DNA of 60,472 nucleotides from Acidobacteriota bacterium (lineage in GTDB: Bacteria > Acidobacteriota > UBA4820 > DSQY01). The stretch lies in NCBI GenBank assembly GCA_021813555.1, contig JAKAKG010000222.1, positions 1-60,472 on the forward strand, read 5' to 3'. How positions within the stretch are numbered: position 1 is the stretch's first letter; each line of letters begins with the position of its first letter. Shown in pieces: positions 17,833 through 28,689 of the stretch. The notes beneath the pieces are model-generated. The model saw nothing but the letters and a program-made list of their open reading frames with translations, did no database searches and was not told the DNA's origin. Both the position numbers and the translations under genes were made by a program.

Positions 17833-18200
17833 CACACACCTCCAGGGGCACAAGGCCCTGCATTTCCATCCACGCCGGGCAGCCTGAAGCGCGGCTCCCC
17901 CAGCGCTCCGCACCGGTACGCCGAAATCACTTCCATCACCTCGCCCGCCAGGCCTTGAACCACGTCCATGCCCCGGGACCGAATATCCTCTTCCATATCC
18001 TTGCCGATGGCTCCGCAGAGGAGGACGTCTACGCCCATGGCTTGAAGCTTGGGCGCCCGCTCGCTGAATCCGAGGCCGCGGCACGTCCGCTGGCCGGCGG
18101 ATTTGACCCCCCGCTCGTCCACCCGCCAGAGGGTCACCCTGTGGCAAAAGTCGAAGGTCGGAGCAACCCTTCCGTGAAATTCCGGGACCGCCAGAAGCAT
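17832..18200 (-). CDS. NifB/NifX-family (FeMo-co binding fold) protein
   Basis: 'AVP.F.GRVAP.FD', 'GVDVLLCGAIG', 'G..V..G..GEV.EV..AY'. Confidence 0.8.
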   Translation of the reverse strand: MLLAVPEFHGRVAPTFDFCHRVTLWRVDERGVKSAGQRTCRGLGFSERAPKLQAMGVDVLLCGAIGKDMEEDIRSRGMDVVQGLAGEVMEVISAYRCGALGEPRFRLPGVDGNAGPCAPGGV

Positions 18201-18221
18201 GGCACCCTCCGCCCCTGCTAA

Positions 18222-18237
18222 AGCAAGGGCCGTACCA
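18222..18237 (-). promoter_or_regulatory. sigma54 -24/-12 promoter of the nifX-like/SBP/otr/cytb/tsaA operon
   Basis: Minus strand TGGTACGGCCCTTGCT, ~20 nt before the ATG at 18200. Confidence 0.85.
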
Positions 18238-18316
18238 CTAGTCGATTACATTTCTAGCGTATGGCTGATGTTTTGAGAAGAAGGGATCGAGGGGTGAGGA
18301 AGGATTCGTAAAGTGG

Positions 18317-18360
18317 TGCACAGTGCATCGGTCTGAAAGGCGAAAATTGCAAAGTGCAAT
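18317..18360. promoter_or_regulatory. Tandem TGCA-N3-TGCA palindromes, candidate bEBP upstream activating sites
   Basis: TGCACAGTGCA (18317-18327) and ATTGCAAAGTGCAAT (18346-18360), 31 bp centre to centre, 80-120 bp upstream of the -24 box. Confidence 0.65.
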
Positions 18361-18373
18361 AGTGCGTCGGAGG

Positions 18374-19765
18374 TTAGCTCGAGTGTGGAGGTTCGCCCTT
18401 CTTCAGCCGCCGCCAGAGGGTGGTCTTGTGGATCCCCAATTCGCGCGCCGCGGCGCTTCTGTTGCCCTTGTGGCGCTCAAGGACGGAGAGCATGTGCGCG
18501 CTCTCCACCTGCCGGAGGTTGCCGGCCCCGAGGGGCGCTTCTCCCGGGGCCGGCGGGCCGGAGTCGGCGCACACGGCCGCGGGCAGGTGCTCGGGGAGGA
18601 CCAGGCCTTGGCGGCACAGGATGAAGGCGTGCTCGATGGAGTTTTCAAGTTCGCGGATGTTGCCCGGCCACGGGTAGCGTAGGAGGCATCGCATGGCTTC
18701 CGGCGTGAAGCCCTGAATGTCGCGGCCCCGAAGATGGTTGAGCTTGTCCAAGACGTGCATGGCCAGGAGGGAAATATCCTCGCGCCGGTCGCGCAAGGGA
18801 GGAATTGCAATTTGCACCACATTGAGCCGGTAGTACAGATCCTCCCTGAAACGCCCCGCCCGCACTTCGGCCAGAAGGTTCTTGTTGGTGGCCGCCAGGA
18901 AGCGCACGTCGGCGTGCAAGGTTCGGTTGGAGCCCAGGGGCTCGAAGGTCTTTTCTTGCAGGACCCGAAGGAGGCGCACCTGCATGGCGGGGGAGACGTC
19001 CCCGACCTCATCCAAGAAAAGGGTGCCGCCCTGGGCCGCGGAAAGGCGCCCGAGCTTGTCCCGTTTGGCGTCGGTGAAGGCCCCGGCCCGATAGCCGAAG
19101 AGTTCCGATTCCAGCAAGGCGTCGGGCAGGGCTCCGCAGTTGACCACTACCAGGGGTCCGGAAGCGCGGGGGCTGAGGTGGTGCAGGGCGCGGGCCATGA
19201 GCTCCTTGCCCGTGCCGCTCTCCCCCGTGATGAGGACCGTGCAGTCGCTCTCCGCCACCTGCGGGAGCAGCTCGAAGATCTCCCGCATCTTGTGGTGCGC
19301 CGAGAGCATGTCCTGGAAGGCGAACCGCTTTTCCACCTGCCGCCGCAAGTCCTCCACCAGGGAAAGGTCCCGAAAGGTTTCCACCCCGCCCACCACGTGG
19401 CCCTTCGCGTCCTTGAGCAGCGCCGTGCTCACGCTGATGGGGACCTTCTGGGCTTTGGAGTTGAGGATGCGCACCGACTGGTTGATGACGGGGCGGCCCG
19501 TGGCAAGGGTCCTCTTCAGCGCGCACGAGCCTTCGCAGATATCGGCCTTGAAAACCTCCCAGCATGGGCGCCCCACGGCTTCCTCTTCGCTCGTGCCGGT
19601 GATGGTGGCGGCGGCCCTGTTGAAGGAGGTGACCTTGAACTCGCTGTCCACCGTAAAGACGCCGTCGTTGATGGAGTCGAGGATGGTGCGAAGGCCCCGG
19701 TCCCAGGCCAGGCCGACCTTGCGTTCTCTGGCGGATTCACGGGATGGGACAGCCTTATCGGTCAT
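18374..19765 (-). CDS. sigma54-dependent activator (PAS-AAA+-Fis HTH)
   Basis: PAS domain, GESGTGKE, ESELFG..GAFTDA, LFLDE, FREDLYYRL, WPGNIREL, C-terminal HTH. Confidence 0.93.
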   Translation of the reverse strand: MTDKAVPSRESARERKVGLAWDRGLRTILDSINDGVFTVDSEFKVTSFNRAAATITGTSEEEAVGRPCWEVFKADICEGSCALKRTLATGRPVINQSVRILNSKAQKVPISVSTALLKDAKGHVVGGVETFRDLSLVEDLRRQVEKRFAFQDMLSAHHKMREIFELLPQVAESDCTVLITGESGTGKELMARALHHLSPRASGPLVVVNCGALPDALLESELFGYRAGAFTDAKRDKLGRLSAAQGGTLFLDEVGDVSPAMQVRLLRVLQEKTFEPLGSNRTLHADVRFLAATNKNLLAEVRAGRFREDLYYRLNVVQIAIPPLRDRREDISLLAMHVLDKLNHLRGRDIQGFTPEAMRCLLRYPWPGNIRELENSIEHAFILCRQGLVLPEHLPAAVCADSGPPAPGEAPLGAGNLRQVESAHMLSVLERHKGNRSAAARELGIHKTTLWRRLKKGEPPHSS

Positions 19766-19768
19766 GGT

Positions 19769-19779
19769 TGCATTATGCA
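19769..19779. promoter_or_regulatory. Third TGCA-N3-TGCA box immediately upstream of the activator ATG (candidate autoregulatory site)
   Basis: TGCATTATGCA lies 3 nt upstream of the ATG at 19765. Confidence 0.5.
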
Positions 19780-19838
19780 CCTATTCAGGTGCCGGGTAAA
19801 GGGGAAGGACGAGAGCGGCAAGCGGAGAGGAGGTGGTC

Positions 19839-19920
19839 GGATTTGGGATTTGGGATTTGGGAAAAGAGGCGGCCGAGGGGGAGGATTTCCCTACCACCTC
19901 ACGGCGCACTGCTTGCTCCG
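19839..19920. repeat. Intergenic (GGATTTG)x3 with a degenerate CTCAC-type right arm
   Basis: ggatttgggatttgggatttgggaaaaga..ctaccacctcacggcgcactgct; same layout as the ~3170 and ~6400 copies. Confidence 0.7.
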
Positions 19921-20045
19921 ATTGAGGGGACAGGGGACAAGCTCAAAGGGAGGTGAATGGGGCTTGTTCCCTCGCCTCCCCGCTCCGGCGCCCCGCGTGC
20001 TGATCCATTGCGGCACCAAGGCTGGCGCGATTCATGGCCTGCGCT

Positions 20046-21860
<1,815 letters not shown>

Positions 21861-21927
21861 CACGCGCACCTCAGATTCACACAGTAGATTCCCGTGCGGG
21901 GTGAGTCAAGGCAAACTCAAGATGTAC

Positions 21928-22272
21928 TCAAGGCCGGGGGGCCGCTTCACCCCCGCTGAGCCGGACGATGAAGGCCACGAGATGGCGCCGGGCATCACCA
22001 CGGATGTGCGGGAAGGGAGGCATGCCCTTGGCCCCATGGTCGAGCCGCTCCTCCACCGCGGAGGCGCTCAAGTGGCGTCCCGCCAGGGACGGGCCCGTCG
22101 TTCCCCCCTGGTGGCAGGGAAGGCAGGCCTCCATGTAGACGGTGGCCGCGTCGTCGGTGGCGGGCTTGTAAGGGCTGCCCGTGCACGCCAGGGCCAAGGC
22201 GATGCCCGCCACGGCAAGGGCGGCGGGGGAGAAGAAGGAAGGCTGGCGTCGGGCCCCGTTTTCGGTCACCAT
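21928..22272 (-). CDS. Small monohaem cytochrome c lipoprotein
   Basis: Lipobox ALAC, CLPCH, 'GPSL', likely distal Met in 'KGMPPF'. Confidence 0.8.
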   Translation of the reverse strand: MVTENGARRQPSFFSPAALAVAGIALALACTGSPYKPATDDAATVYMEACLPCHQGGTTGPSLAGRHLSASAVEERLDHGAKGMPPFPHIRGDARRHLVAFIVRLSGGEAAPRP

Positions 22273-22567
22273 GAGGATGGACTGTACGGCCTTCCAGGGC
22301 CCACGGGAAGGCAGGGCAGCGGGCCTCGCCAAAGTTGGGGCATATGCCCCTCGCCATGGCGGCACGGGATTGTCCTTTCAACCTTTTGAACCCCGGAGCA
22401 TCTTAGAGGGTGTTCGGATCAAAGGCCGGACGAAGGTGGTGGCGGACAACGGATGGCAAAGGAGCAGAGGACTGGAAGCTGGTGAAGTTCGGGCCGCGCA
22501 GCGTCTCGCGTCTCGCGCCCCGAACAGATCGTTCCCGGCAATGCACGTCCTCCAAGGAGCAGCGACC

Positions 22568-23029
22568 ATGAACGGTCCCGAACTCATCGCGGTAAACCTT
22601 TCCGAAGGCGGCATCCCCAAACTGCCCGTTCAGCGGGCTCAGGTCTTGGAGCGGGGGCTTGAGGGTGACGGACAGGCCCACGCCAAGCACACCAAGCCCA
22701 ACCGCGCCCTCTCCCTGCTCCATCAGGAGGTCATCGCGCAACTGGCGGCGGAAGGATACGCCGTAGGGCCGGGCGCCTTGGGTGAGAACCTCACGGTTCA
22801 GGGCTTGTACGATCTTCCGCTCGCCGTGGGCACCCGGTTGGCCTTTGCGGGAGGCGTGGAAATCGAGCTGAGCGAGGCCAGGAAGCCGTGTTTCGTCCTG
22901 GATGCGGTGGATCCCAAGCTCAAGGAAGTGACGGTGGGCCGCCTGGGATGGATGGCGCGGGTGGTAAAGCCGGGGTGGATCGGTCCCGGCGAGGCCATTC
23001 GTGTTTCCTACCCCGCGCCTACGGTCTGA
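22568..23029 (+). CDS. MOSC-domain protein
   Basis: RBS AAGGAG; 'GGIPKLPV', 'GLEGD', 'GALGENLT', 'RKPC'. Confidence 0.88.
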   Translation: MNGPELIAVNLSEGGIPKLPVQRAQVLERGLEGDGQAHAKHTKPNRALSLLHQEVIAQLAAEGYAVGPGALGENLTVQGLYDLPLAVGTRLAFAGGVEIELSEARKPCFVLDAVDPKLKEVTVGRLGWMARVVKPGWIGPGEAIRVSYPAPTV

Positions 23030-23047
23030 CAACGAAAGGGTATCCCC

Positions 23048-23659
23048 TTGGCCGGTCCGAACGCAGGGATCATTCTGGGCGCCGTCCTGGCCGGCGGCGA
23101 AAGCCGCAGGATGGGGAGGCCCAAGGAGGGCGTCCTCCTCCCCGGAGGGAGGCCCATGATCGAACCCATTCTGGATGCCATGCGCGAGGCCTTCGGATCG
23201 GTGATCGTGGCGGGCGCCTGCGCGGGGTACGAATGCGCGGGGCGGCCGGGGGTCCTGCACATCCGGGACGGCCAGCCGGGCCTTGGGCCGCTGGCCGGAC
23301 TGGAAGCCCTCCTCGCCTCGGGCGCCGCGGAGGGCTATGTGGTGGCCGCCTGCGACCAGCCCATGGTGACGGCGGTCCTCCTTCGCCGTCTCGCGCAAGA
23401 GGCGGGGCCGCGGGGGCGGTTTTTCAGGGCGGCCCGGAGCGGTGAGCACCTCGACCCCCTTCCCGGCTATTTTCCGTCCTGCTGGCTGACGTCCGTCACG
23501 ACAGCCCTGGCGGAAGGAAGGCGTTCGCTGAGGGCGCTGGTGCGGTCAGCGATGGTGGAGTGGGTGCCCCTGGAGGACTCGGATGCGGGCAAGCTGGCCA
23601 GCATCAACGCCCCCGAAGACCTCAGACTCCTCCCAGAGGGATCGGGTGTGAGACCATGA
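23048..23659 (+). CDS. mobA: Molybdenum cofactor guanylyltransferase
   Basis: 'LAGGESRRMGRPK', 'GPLAGL', 'ACDQP', 'SINAPEDL'. Confidence 0.9.
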   Translation: MAGPNAGIILGAVLAGGESRRMGRPKEGVLLPGGRPMIEPILDAMREAFGSVIVAGACAGYECAGRPGVLHIRDGQPGLGPLAGLEALLASGAAEGYVVAACDQPMVTAVLLRRLAQEAGPRGRFFRAARSGEHLDPLPGYFPSCWLTSVTTALAEGRRSLRALVRSAMVEWVPLEDSDAGKLASINAPEDLRLLPEGSGVRP

Positions 23660-24642
23660 GCGCTATGATCGATCCCTTCGGCCGCCGGCACGTCTACCTA
23701 AGGCTCGCCTTAACCCACCGGTGCAACCTTAACTGCACCTACTGCCGCCCGTCCGGGTGCGGCACGGTCACCACCGGCCCCATCCTTCCTTCCGGCAGCA
23801 TTCTCCGCCTGGTCCGCATCTTCGCGGCCCTTGGCATCTGCAAAGTGCGCCTCACGGGCGGAGAGCCCACCCTGAGGCCCGACCTCCCGGATCTGGTGTC
23901 GAGGATCGCCGCGGTGCAAGGCATCGGGACCCTCGCCCTCACCACGAACGGGGTCACCCTCGGAAGCCTCGCCGCCCCCCTCCGGCGGGCCGGGGTCGAG
24001 AACCTGAACGTGAGCCTGGACAGCCTCCGCCGGGAACGGTTTCTGAAGATCACGGGCCGGGACCTCCTCCCCGCGGTCCTCAAGGGCATCGGCGCGGCGC
24101 TGGAGGCGGGATTCGAACCCCTCAAGCTCAACACGGTCGTCATGGGCGGCGTGAACGACGACGAACTGCTGGAGTTCGTGGAGCTTGCGCGGAGCAAGCC
24201 CGTGAACATCCGCTTCATCGAGTACATGCCGTTCCGGGAGAACGGGTGGAGCCGGGAGGGCTTCGTGTCCCACGAGCGCATGCGCGAGCGCATCGAACGG
24301 GTTCACCGGCTCGTCCCCGTGGGCCAAGGCGAGCATACGGGCGGCGTGGCGAAGGACTTTTCCGTGGAGGGCTTCCGGGGCCAGATCAGCTTTATCACGC
24401 CCCTCTCCGACGTCTTCTGCGACCGCTGCAACCGGCTGAGGGTGACCGCCGACGGCAAACTGAAAACGTGCCTTTTCGCACCCGCCGGGCTCGACCTCGC
24501 GAAGGCGCTCGCGCGCGAGGCGAGCGATGCCGCCGTGGCGCGCCTCATTCTCGAAGCCCTCGCCTCCAAACCCGAGAAGCACCCCGAGGCGGAGGAGCTG
24601 AGGGCCGGCCAGGATCTGCCCATGAACGAAATAGGAGGCTGA
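23656..24642 (+). CDS. moaA: GTP 3',8-cyclase
   Basis: CNLNCTYC, 'RLTGGEP', 'FCDRCNRLR..CL', C-terminal IGG. Confidence 0.95.
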   Translation: MSAMIDPFGRRHVYLRLALTHRCNLNCTYCRPSGCGTVTTGPILPSGSILRLVRIFAALGICKVRLTGGEPTLRPDLPDLVSRIAAVQGIGTLALTTNGVTLGSLAAPLRRAGVENLNVSLDSLRRERFLKITGRDLLPAVLKGIGAALEAGFEPLKLNTVVMGGVNDDELLEFVELARSKPVNIRFIEYMPFRENGWSREGFVSHERMRERIERVHRLVPVGQGEHTGGVAKDFSVEGFRGQISFITPLSDVFCDRCNRLRVTADGKLKTCLFAPAGLDLAKALAREASDAAVARLILEALASKPEKHPEAEELRAGQDLPMNEIGG

Positions 24643-24644
24643 AG

Positions 24645-25589
24645 GTGCTGGACGTCTCACACAAGACGAGGACCCGCCGGACGGCGCGCGCCCAGGCGAT
24701 TCTGCGGGCCGACCCCGGGACGGTGGACCGCATCCGCCGCCGCGAGGTGCCCAAGGGCGACCCGCTGGAAGTGGCCAAGGTGGCGGCCGTGCAGGCGGCC
24801 AAGGAGACACCCCGCATCATCCCCTACTGCCACCCCCTGCCGGTGGATTTCGTGGGGGTGGAGTTCGAGCTGGGGGAAGCCACGGTCACGGTCACCACCA
24901 CGGTGACGGCCACCTACAAGACGGGCGTCGAGATGGAGGCCCTTACGGCCGCGAGCGTGGCGGCCCTGACCCTCTATGACATGCTCAAGATGTTCGACGA
25001 GGCCATGGTCATCGAGTCCGTCCGGCTCCTGGAGAAACGGGGCGGCAAGTCGGACTTCAGGGAGGCGTTTCCCGAGCCGCCCAGGGCCGCGGTCCTCGTC
25101 CTCTCCGATTCCTCCGCCGCGGGAACCAAGGGAGATCTCTCCGGCCGCCTCATCGTGGAGCGGCTCCAGGCGGTGGGCGTCGAGGTGGCGGACTACGCGA
25201 TTCTCCCCGACGAGCCGGACCAGATCTCCGCGGCCTTGCGGGCCTACGCCGACGTGCTGAAGCTGGACCTGGTGATCACCACGGGCGGCACGGGCCTCGG
25301 GCCCAGGGACAGGACGCCCGAGGCCATGGAGGGCATCATCGAGCGGGAGGTTCCCGGCATCGCTGAGGCCTTGCGCTCCCACGGCCTCGAACATACGCCT
25401 TACGCCATGCTGGGCCGCGGCCGGGCGGGGGTTCGCGGCGCGACGCTGATGGCCAACTTCCCGGGATCACCCTCCGCCGCAGGGGACGCCATGGACGCTG
25501 CGCTGCCGGCCCTCCTACACGCCCTTACCATGCTCAGGGGGGGCGGCCATCCCGAGGGCGACGCCCGTCGTCGGAAGGAGGCCCCGTGA
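24645..25589 (+). CDS. moaC: Bifunctional MoaC/MoaB(MogA) fusion
   Basis: GTG after AGGAGG; 'IIPYCHPLP', 'TGVEMEALT', 'YDMLK', then 'DLVITTGGTGLGPRDRTPEA' and 'NFPGSP'. Confidence 0.92.
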   Translation: MLDVSHKTRTRRTARAQAILRADPGTVDRIRRREVPKGDPLEVAKVAAVQAAKETPRIIPYCHPLPVDFVGVEFELGEATVTVTTTVTATYKTGVEMEALTAASVAALTLYDMLKMFDEAMVIESVRLLEKRGGKSDFREAFPEPPRAAVLVLSDSSAAGTKGDLSGRLIVERLQAVGVEVADYAILPDEPDQISAALRAYADVLKLDLVITTGGTGLGPRDRTPEAMEGIIEREVPGIAEALRSHGLEHTPYAMLGRGRAGVRGATLMANFPGSPSAAGDAMDAALPALLHALTMLRGGGHPEGDARRRKEAP

Positions 25590-26809
25590 TTCCTTTTTCC
25601 GAGGCCCTGGACGAGGTTCTGGCGCGGGTTGCGGCGATGGAGCGCGAGGACGTGGCCTTAGGTTCGGCCCTGGGGCGCTTTCTGGCGAGCAACGTGAAGG
25701 CCCTCTCCGCCATGCCCCGCTTCGACAACTCTTCCGTGGATGGTTTCGGCGTCCGGGTGTCCGACTTGGAAGGAGCCTCCAGCGAGCATCCCGTGCGCCT
25801 CCCCGTGGCGGGCACCGTGCCCGCCGGCAGTCTCTGGAACGGTTCTCTCCCCCCGCGGGCGGCCCTCAAACTCATGACCGGGGCTCCCGTGCCCCCGGAG
25901 GTGGAGGCCGTGGTCATGCGCGAGGACGTGGACGAGGCGAGCGGCGCCGCCGCCTTCCGCGGGCCGGCGGAGCACGGCCAGAACATCCGGCGCCGGGGCG
26001 GCGAGTACGGTGTTGGTGCTCTTCTTCTCCGGGAGGGCACCAAGCTCACTCCGCCCGCGGTGGCGGTCCTGGCCTCCCAGGGCATGGCGCGGGTTTCCGT
26101 GCACGGCCGGCCCCGGGTGCAGCTGGTGGTGACGGGCAGCGAACTCGCCCTCCAGGGCGGGCTCGCGGCCGCGCAGATCTACGATTCCAATGGCTGGGGC
26201 CTGGAGGCCGCCATACGTTGCCTCGGCATCGAGGACGTCCGCGTGACGACGTGCCGGGACGACCCCGGCGAAGTCCGTTCGGCCCTCGCGGCGGCCATTG
26301 AGGAAGGGGACGTGGTGATCACCTCCGGAGGTGTCTCCGTGGGCGATTTCGATTTCGTACCTTCGGCCTTCGAATCCCTCGGCGGCCGCCGACGCTTCTG
26401 GCGCGTCGCCATCAAACCCGGCAAGCCCAACTACTTCGGCGAGTGGGAGGGCGCATCGGGACGCCGGACCTTCCTCTTCGGCCTGCCGGGCAACCCCGTG
26501 GGCGCCCTGCTGTCCTTCGAGCGCCTCGTGCGCCCCGCCCTCCTCAAGCTCATGGGAGCACGCGAACTCCGGCCCGCCGCCCTTCAAGCCCGCCTTACGC
26601 AGGCCATCCACAAGGCCGGAGGGCGCCTGGAGTTCGTCCGGGGCATCCTGGCCAACACCGCGGAGGGGGCTGAGGTAGAGCCCATCGCGGCACGGGAATC
26701 GCACATGCTGGTGGGCCTGGCCTCCGCCAACTGCCTCATCGCCTTTCCGCGGGACGCCACGCGCCTTGAGGCGGGAAGCCTCGTGGACGTGGAGCTTCTG
26801 GCATGGTGA
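25586..26809 (+). CDS. moeA: Molybdopterin molybdotransferase
   Basis: 'PRFDNSSVDG', 'MTGAPVP', 'TGSEL', 'SGGVSVGDFD', 'KPGKP', 'GLPGNP'. Confidence 0.95.
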   Translation: MIPFSEALDEVLARVAAMEREDVALGSALGRFLASNVKALSAMPRFDNSSVDGFGVRVSDLEGASSEHPVRLPVAGTVPAGSLWNGSLPPRAALKLMTGAPVPPEVEAVVMREDVDEASGAAAFRGPAEHGQNIRRRGGEYGVGALLLREGTKLTPPAVAVLASQGMARVSVHGRPRVQLVVTGSELALQGGLAAAQIYDSNGWGLEAAIRCLGIEDVRVTTCRDDPGEVRSALAAAIEEGDVVITSGGVSVGDFDFVPSAFESLGGRRRFWRVAIKPGKPNYFGEWEGASGRRTFLFGLPGNPVGALLSFERLVRPALLKLMGARELRPAALQARLTQAIHKAGGRLEFVRGILANTAEGAEVEPIAARESHMLVGLASANCLIAFPRDATRLEAGSLVDVELLAW

Positions 26810-26826
26810 TCTGAAGGGAGAGCGTC

Positions 26827-27282
26827 ATGGAGACGACAACGGGAACACTGGTGGCCGTTTCGGCCAGCGAGACCAAGGGCGTGAGGAAGCACAACCTGGA
26901 ACGCGCCCTGCTCAAGGCCGGCTGGGGAATCGAAGGGGACGCGCATGCCGGAGAGTGGCACCGCCAGATAAGCCTGCTTGCCCAGGAGAGCATCGACAAG
27001 ATGCGGGCCCTCGGCCTGGATGTATCCTCGGGTGACTTCGCCGAAAACCTCACCACGCTGGGCATCGACGTCCCCCACCTTCACATCGGCGACCGCCTCC
27101 GCGTGGGCGAGGCCGAGCTCGAGGTGACCCAGATCGGCAAGGAGTGCCACACGCGCTGCGCCATCTACCAGCAGGCGGGCGACTGCGTCATGCCCAAAGA
27201 AGGGGTCTTCGCCCGCGTGCTCAAGGGCGGCACCGTCCGCCCCGGCGACGCCGTCGTTCACCAGCCGGAGTGTGCGAACTAA
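26827..27282 (+). CDS. MOSC-domain protein (moa-cluster type)
   Basis: 'GIEGDAHAGEWHRQISLL', 'GDFAENLT', 'TQIGKECH..C.I...GDCVMPKEGVF'. Confidence 0.9.
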   Translation: METTTGTLVAVSASETKGVRKHNLERALLKAGWGIEGDAHAGEWHRQISLLAQESIDKMRALGLDVSSGDFAENLTTLGIDVPHLHIGDRLRVGEAELEVTQIGKECHTRCAIYQQAGDCVMPKEGVFARVLKGGTVRPGDAVVHQPECAN

Positions 27283-27471
27283 CAGTCCGCTTTCTCGGCT
27301 TCCCTCGCCCATAACCATGGTGCGAAACGGGCGCGCCTCCTGAGGCGCGGCGCTCGCGCCCTCCCTCCGCGGCCGGTCGGCATGTCCGGCGCGCCGAAAA
27401 ACTTTCGGGGCCGCCGGGCGTATGAAGGTTCATGAGGCGGCTGAGCCGCCGGGACGAAGGAGAGTAAGACC

Positions 27472-28578
27472 ATGAAGAAGCTGTTTCGGATGCTTTTGAT
27501 CCTGGCGGTGGTGGGCGTGGCGGCGGTGGCCATGTATGCGTGGGTTCGCGGGCGCGGAAAGAACGACAAGGCCGTCACCCTCGTGGAAGTTCAAATGGGC
27601 TCCATCACGGACAAAGCCCTGGCCGTGGGCCAGATCGAGCCGAGGCAGAAGTTTCAGGTGAAATCCAAGGTCTCGGGCCTGGTGAAGACGTGCGTTGTCC
27701 AGGTGGGCGACACGGTGAAGCCCGGCGATCCCCTCTTCGAAATCCAGCCCGACCCTACGCCGCAGGACCTCATTGATGTGGACCGGAACGTGGAGTCGAG
27801 CCGGGCCTCCTTCGACCGCGCCAAAGCCGACTACGACCGCTACAAGCAGCTCTACGCCGAGAGCGTCGTGGCCAAAGGAGACCTGGACGCCAAACGCGAG
27901 CAGTTCGAGCTGGCGCAGGTGGCCTACCAGCGGGCCAGGGAGAACCGCGAGCTCACCATCAAGGGCCGCGTCTCCGGCGGCGGCGCTTCCATGGAGACCA
28001 TCATCCGCGCGCCGGCGGCGGGGACCATCCTCACACGCGCCGTGAACCCCGGCGACCCCATCGTGCCCCTGACCTCCTTTCAGCCCGGAACGGAAATGGC
28101 CACCATCGCGGACATGCGGGATCTCATCTTCAAGGGGACCGTGGACGAGATCGACGTGGGCAAGATGAAGGTGGGCCTCCCCGTGCGCATCAAGGTTGGG
28201 GCCCTGCCCACCGACGTGGTGACGGGCAAGGTTTCCCGCATCGCGCCCCAGGCGCAGAAGAAGGAGGGCTCGACCCTCTTCGACGTGGAGATCGAGCTCG
28301 ATCCCAACGCCGCCGTCACGCTACGGGCGGGCTACTCGGCCAACGCCGACGTGGTGATCCGGGAGAAGAAGGACATCCTCACCATTCCCGAACGGCTGGT
28401 CCTCTTCGAAGACGGCGGCAAGAAGTCCTTCGTGGAGGTTCCCGGTAATAAACCCGAGGACGAGCCCAAGAAGGTGGAGATCAAGACGGGCCTCTCCGAC
28501 GGCTTGAACATCGAAGTGGTCTCGGGTTTGAAGGCGGGTGACAAGGTCGTGCAGCGGCCGCCGAAGGAAATAGCGTGA
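27472..28578 (+). CDS. Periplasmic adaptor (MacA/YknX-like membrane fusion protein), copy 1
   Basis: N-terminal TM, lipoyl halves 'VKSKVSG..V.VGD.VK.GD.L' and 'IRAP..G', 'VDEIDVG', 'GLKAGDKV'. Confidence 0.9.
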   Translation: MKKLFRMLLILAVVGVAAVAMYAWVRGRGKNDKAVTLVEVQMGSITDKALAVGQIEPRQKFQVKSKVSGLVKTCVVQVGDTVKPGDPLFEIQPDPTPQDLIDVDRNVESSRASFDRAKADYDRYKQLYAESVVAKGDLDAKREQFELAQVAYQRARENRELTIKGRVSGGGASMETIIRAPAAGTILTRAVNPGDPIVPLTSFQPGTEMATIADMRDLIFKGTVDEIDVGKMKVGLPVRIKVGALPTDVVTGKVSRIAPQAQKKEGSTLFDVEIELDPNAAVTLRAGYSANADVVIREKKDILTIPERLVLFEDGGKKSFVEVPGNKPEDEPKKVEIKTGLSDGLNIEVVSGLKAGDKVVQRPPKEIA

Positions 28579-28582
28579 GGAC

Positions 28583-28675
28583 GGGGAGCAGGGAGCTGGT
28601 AGCAGGGAGCAGGAGGCAAGAATTGGCGAGCGCTATTCCCTACGGCTCCCGGCTCCCGTTCTCCCCGCTTCCGCC
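28583..28675. repeat. Bipartite (GGGAGCA)n ... (GCTCCCG)n element
   Basis: Complementary heptamer arms separated by ~25 nt. Confidence 0.8.
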
Positions 28676-28689
28676 TGTGTGAGGATTCC

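Noticed and set aside
17832-18200. Nitrogen fixation suggested by the NifB/NifX-like gene
   Set aside because: No nifHDK/ENB in the window; stand-alone NifX-fold proteins are widespread in non-diazotrophs.
22273-22567. Moco riboswitch upstream of the MOSC-mobA-moaA cluster
   Set aside because: The conserved Moco RNA elements could not be identified by eye. An Infernal/Rfam scan would be decisive.
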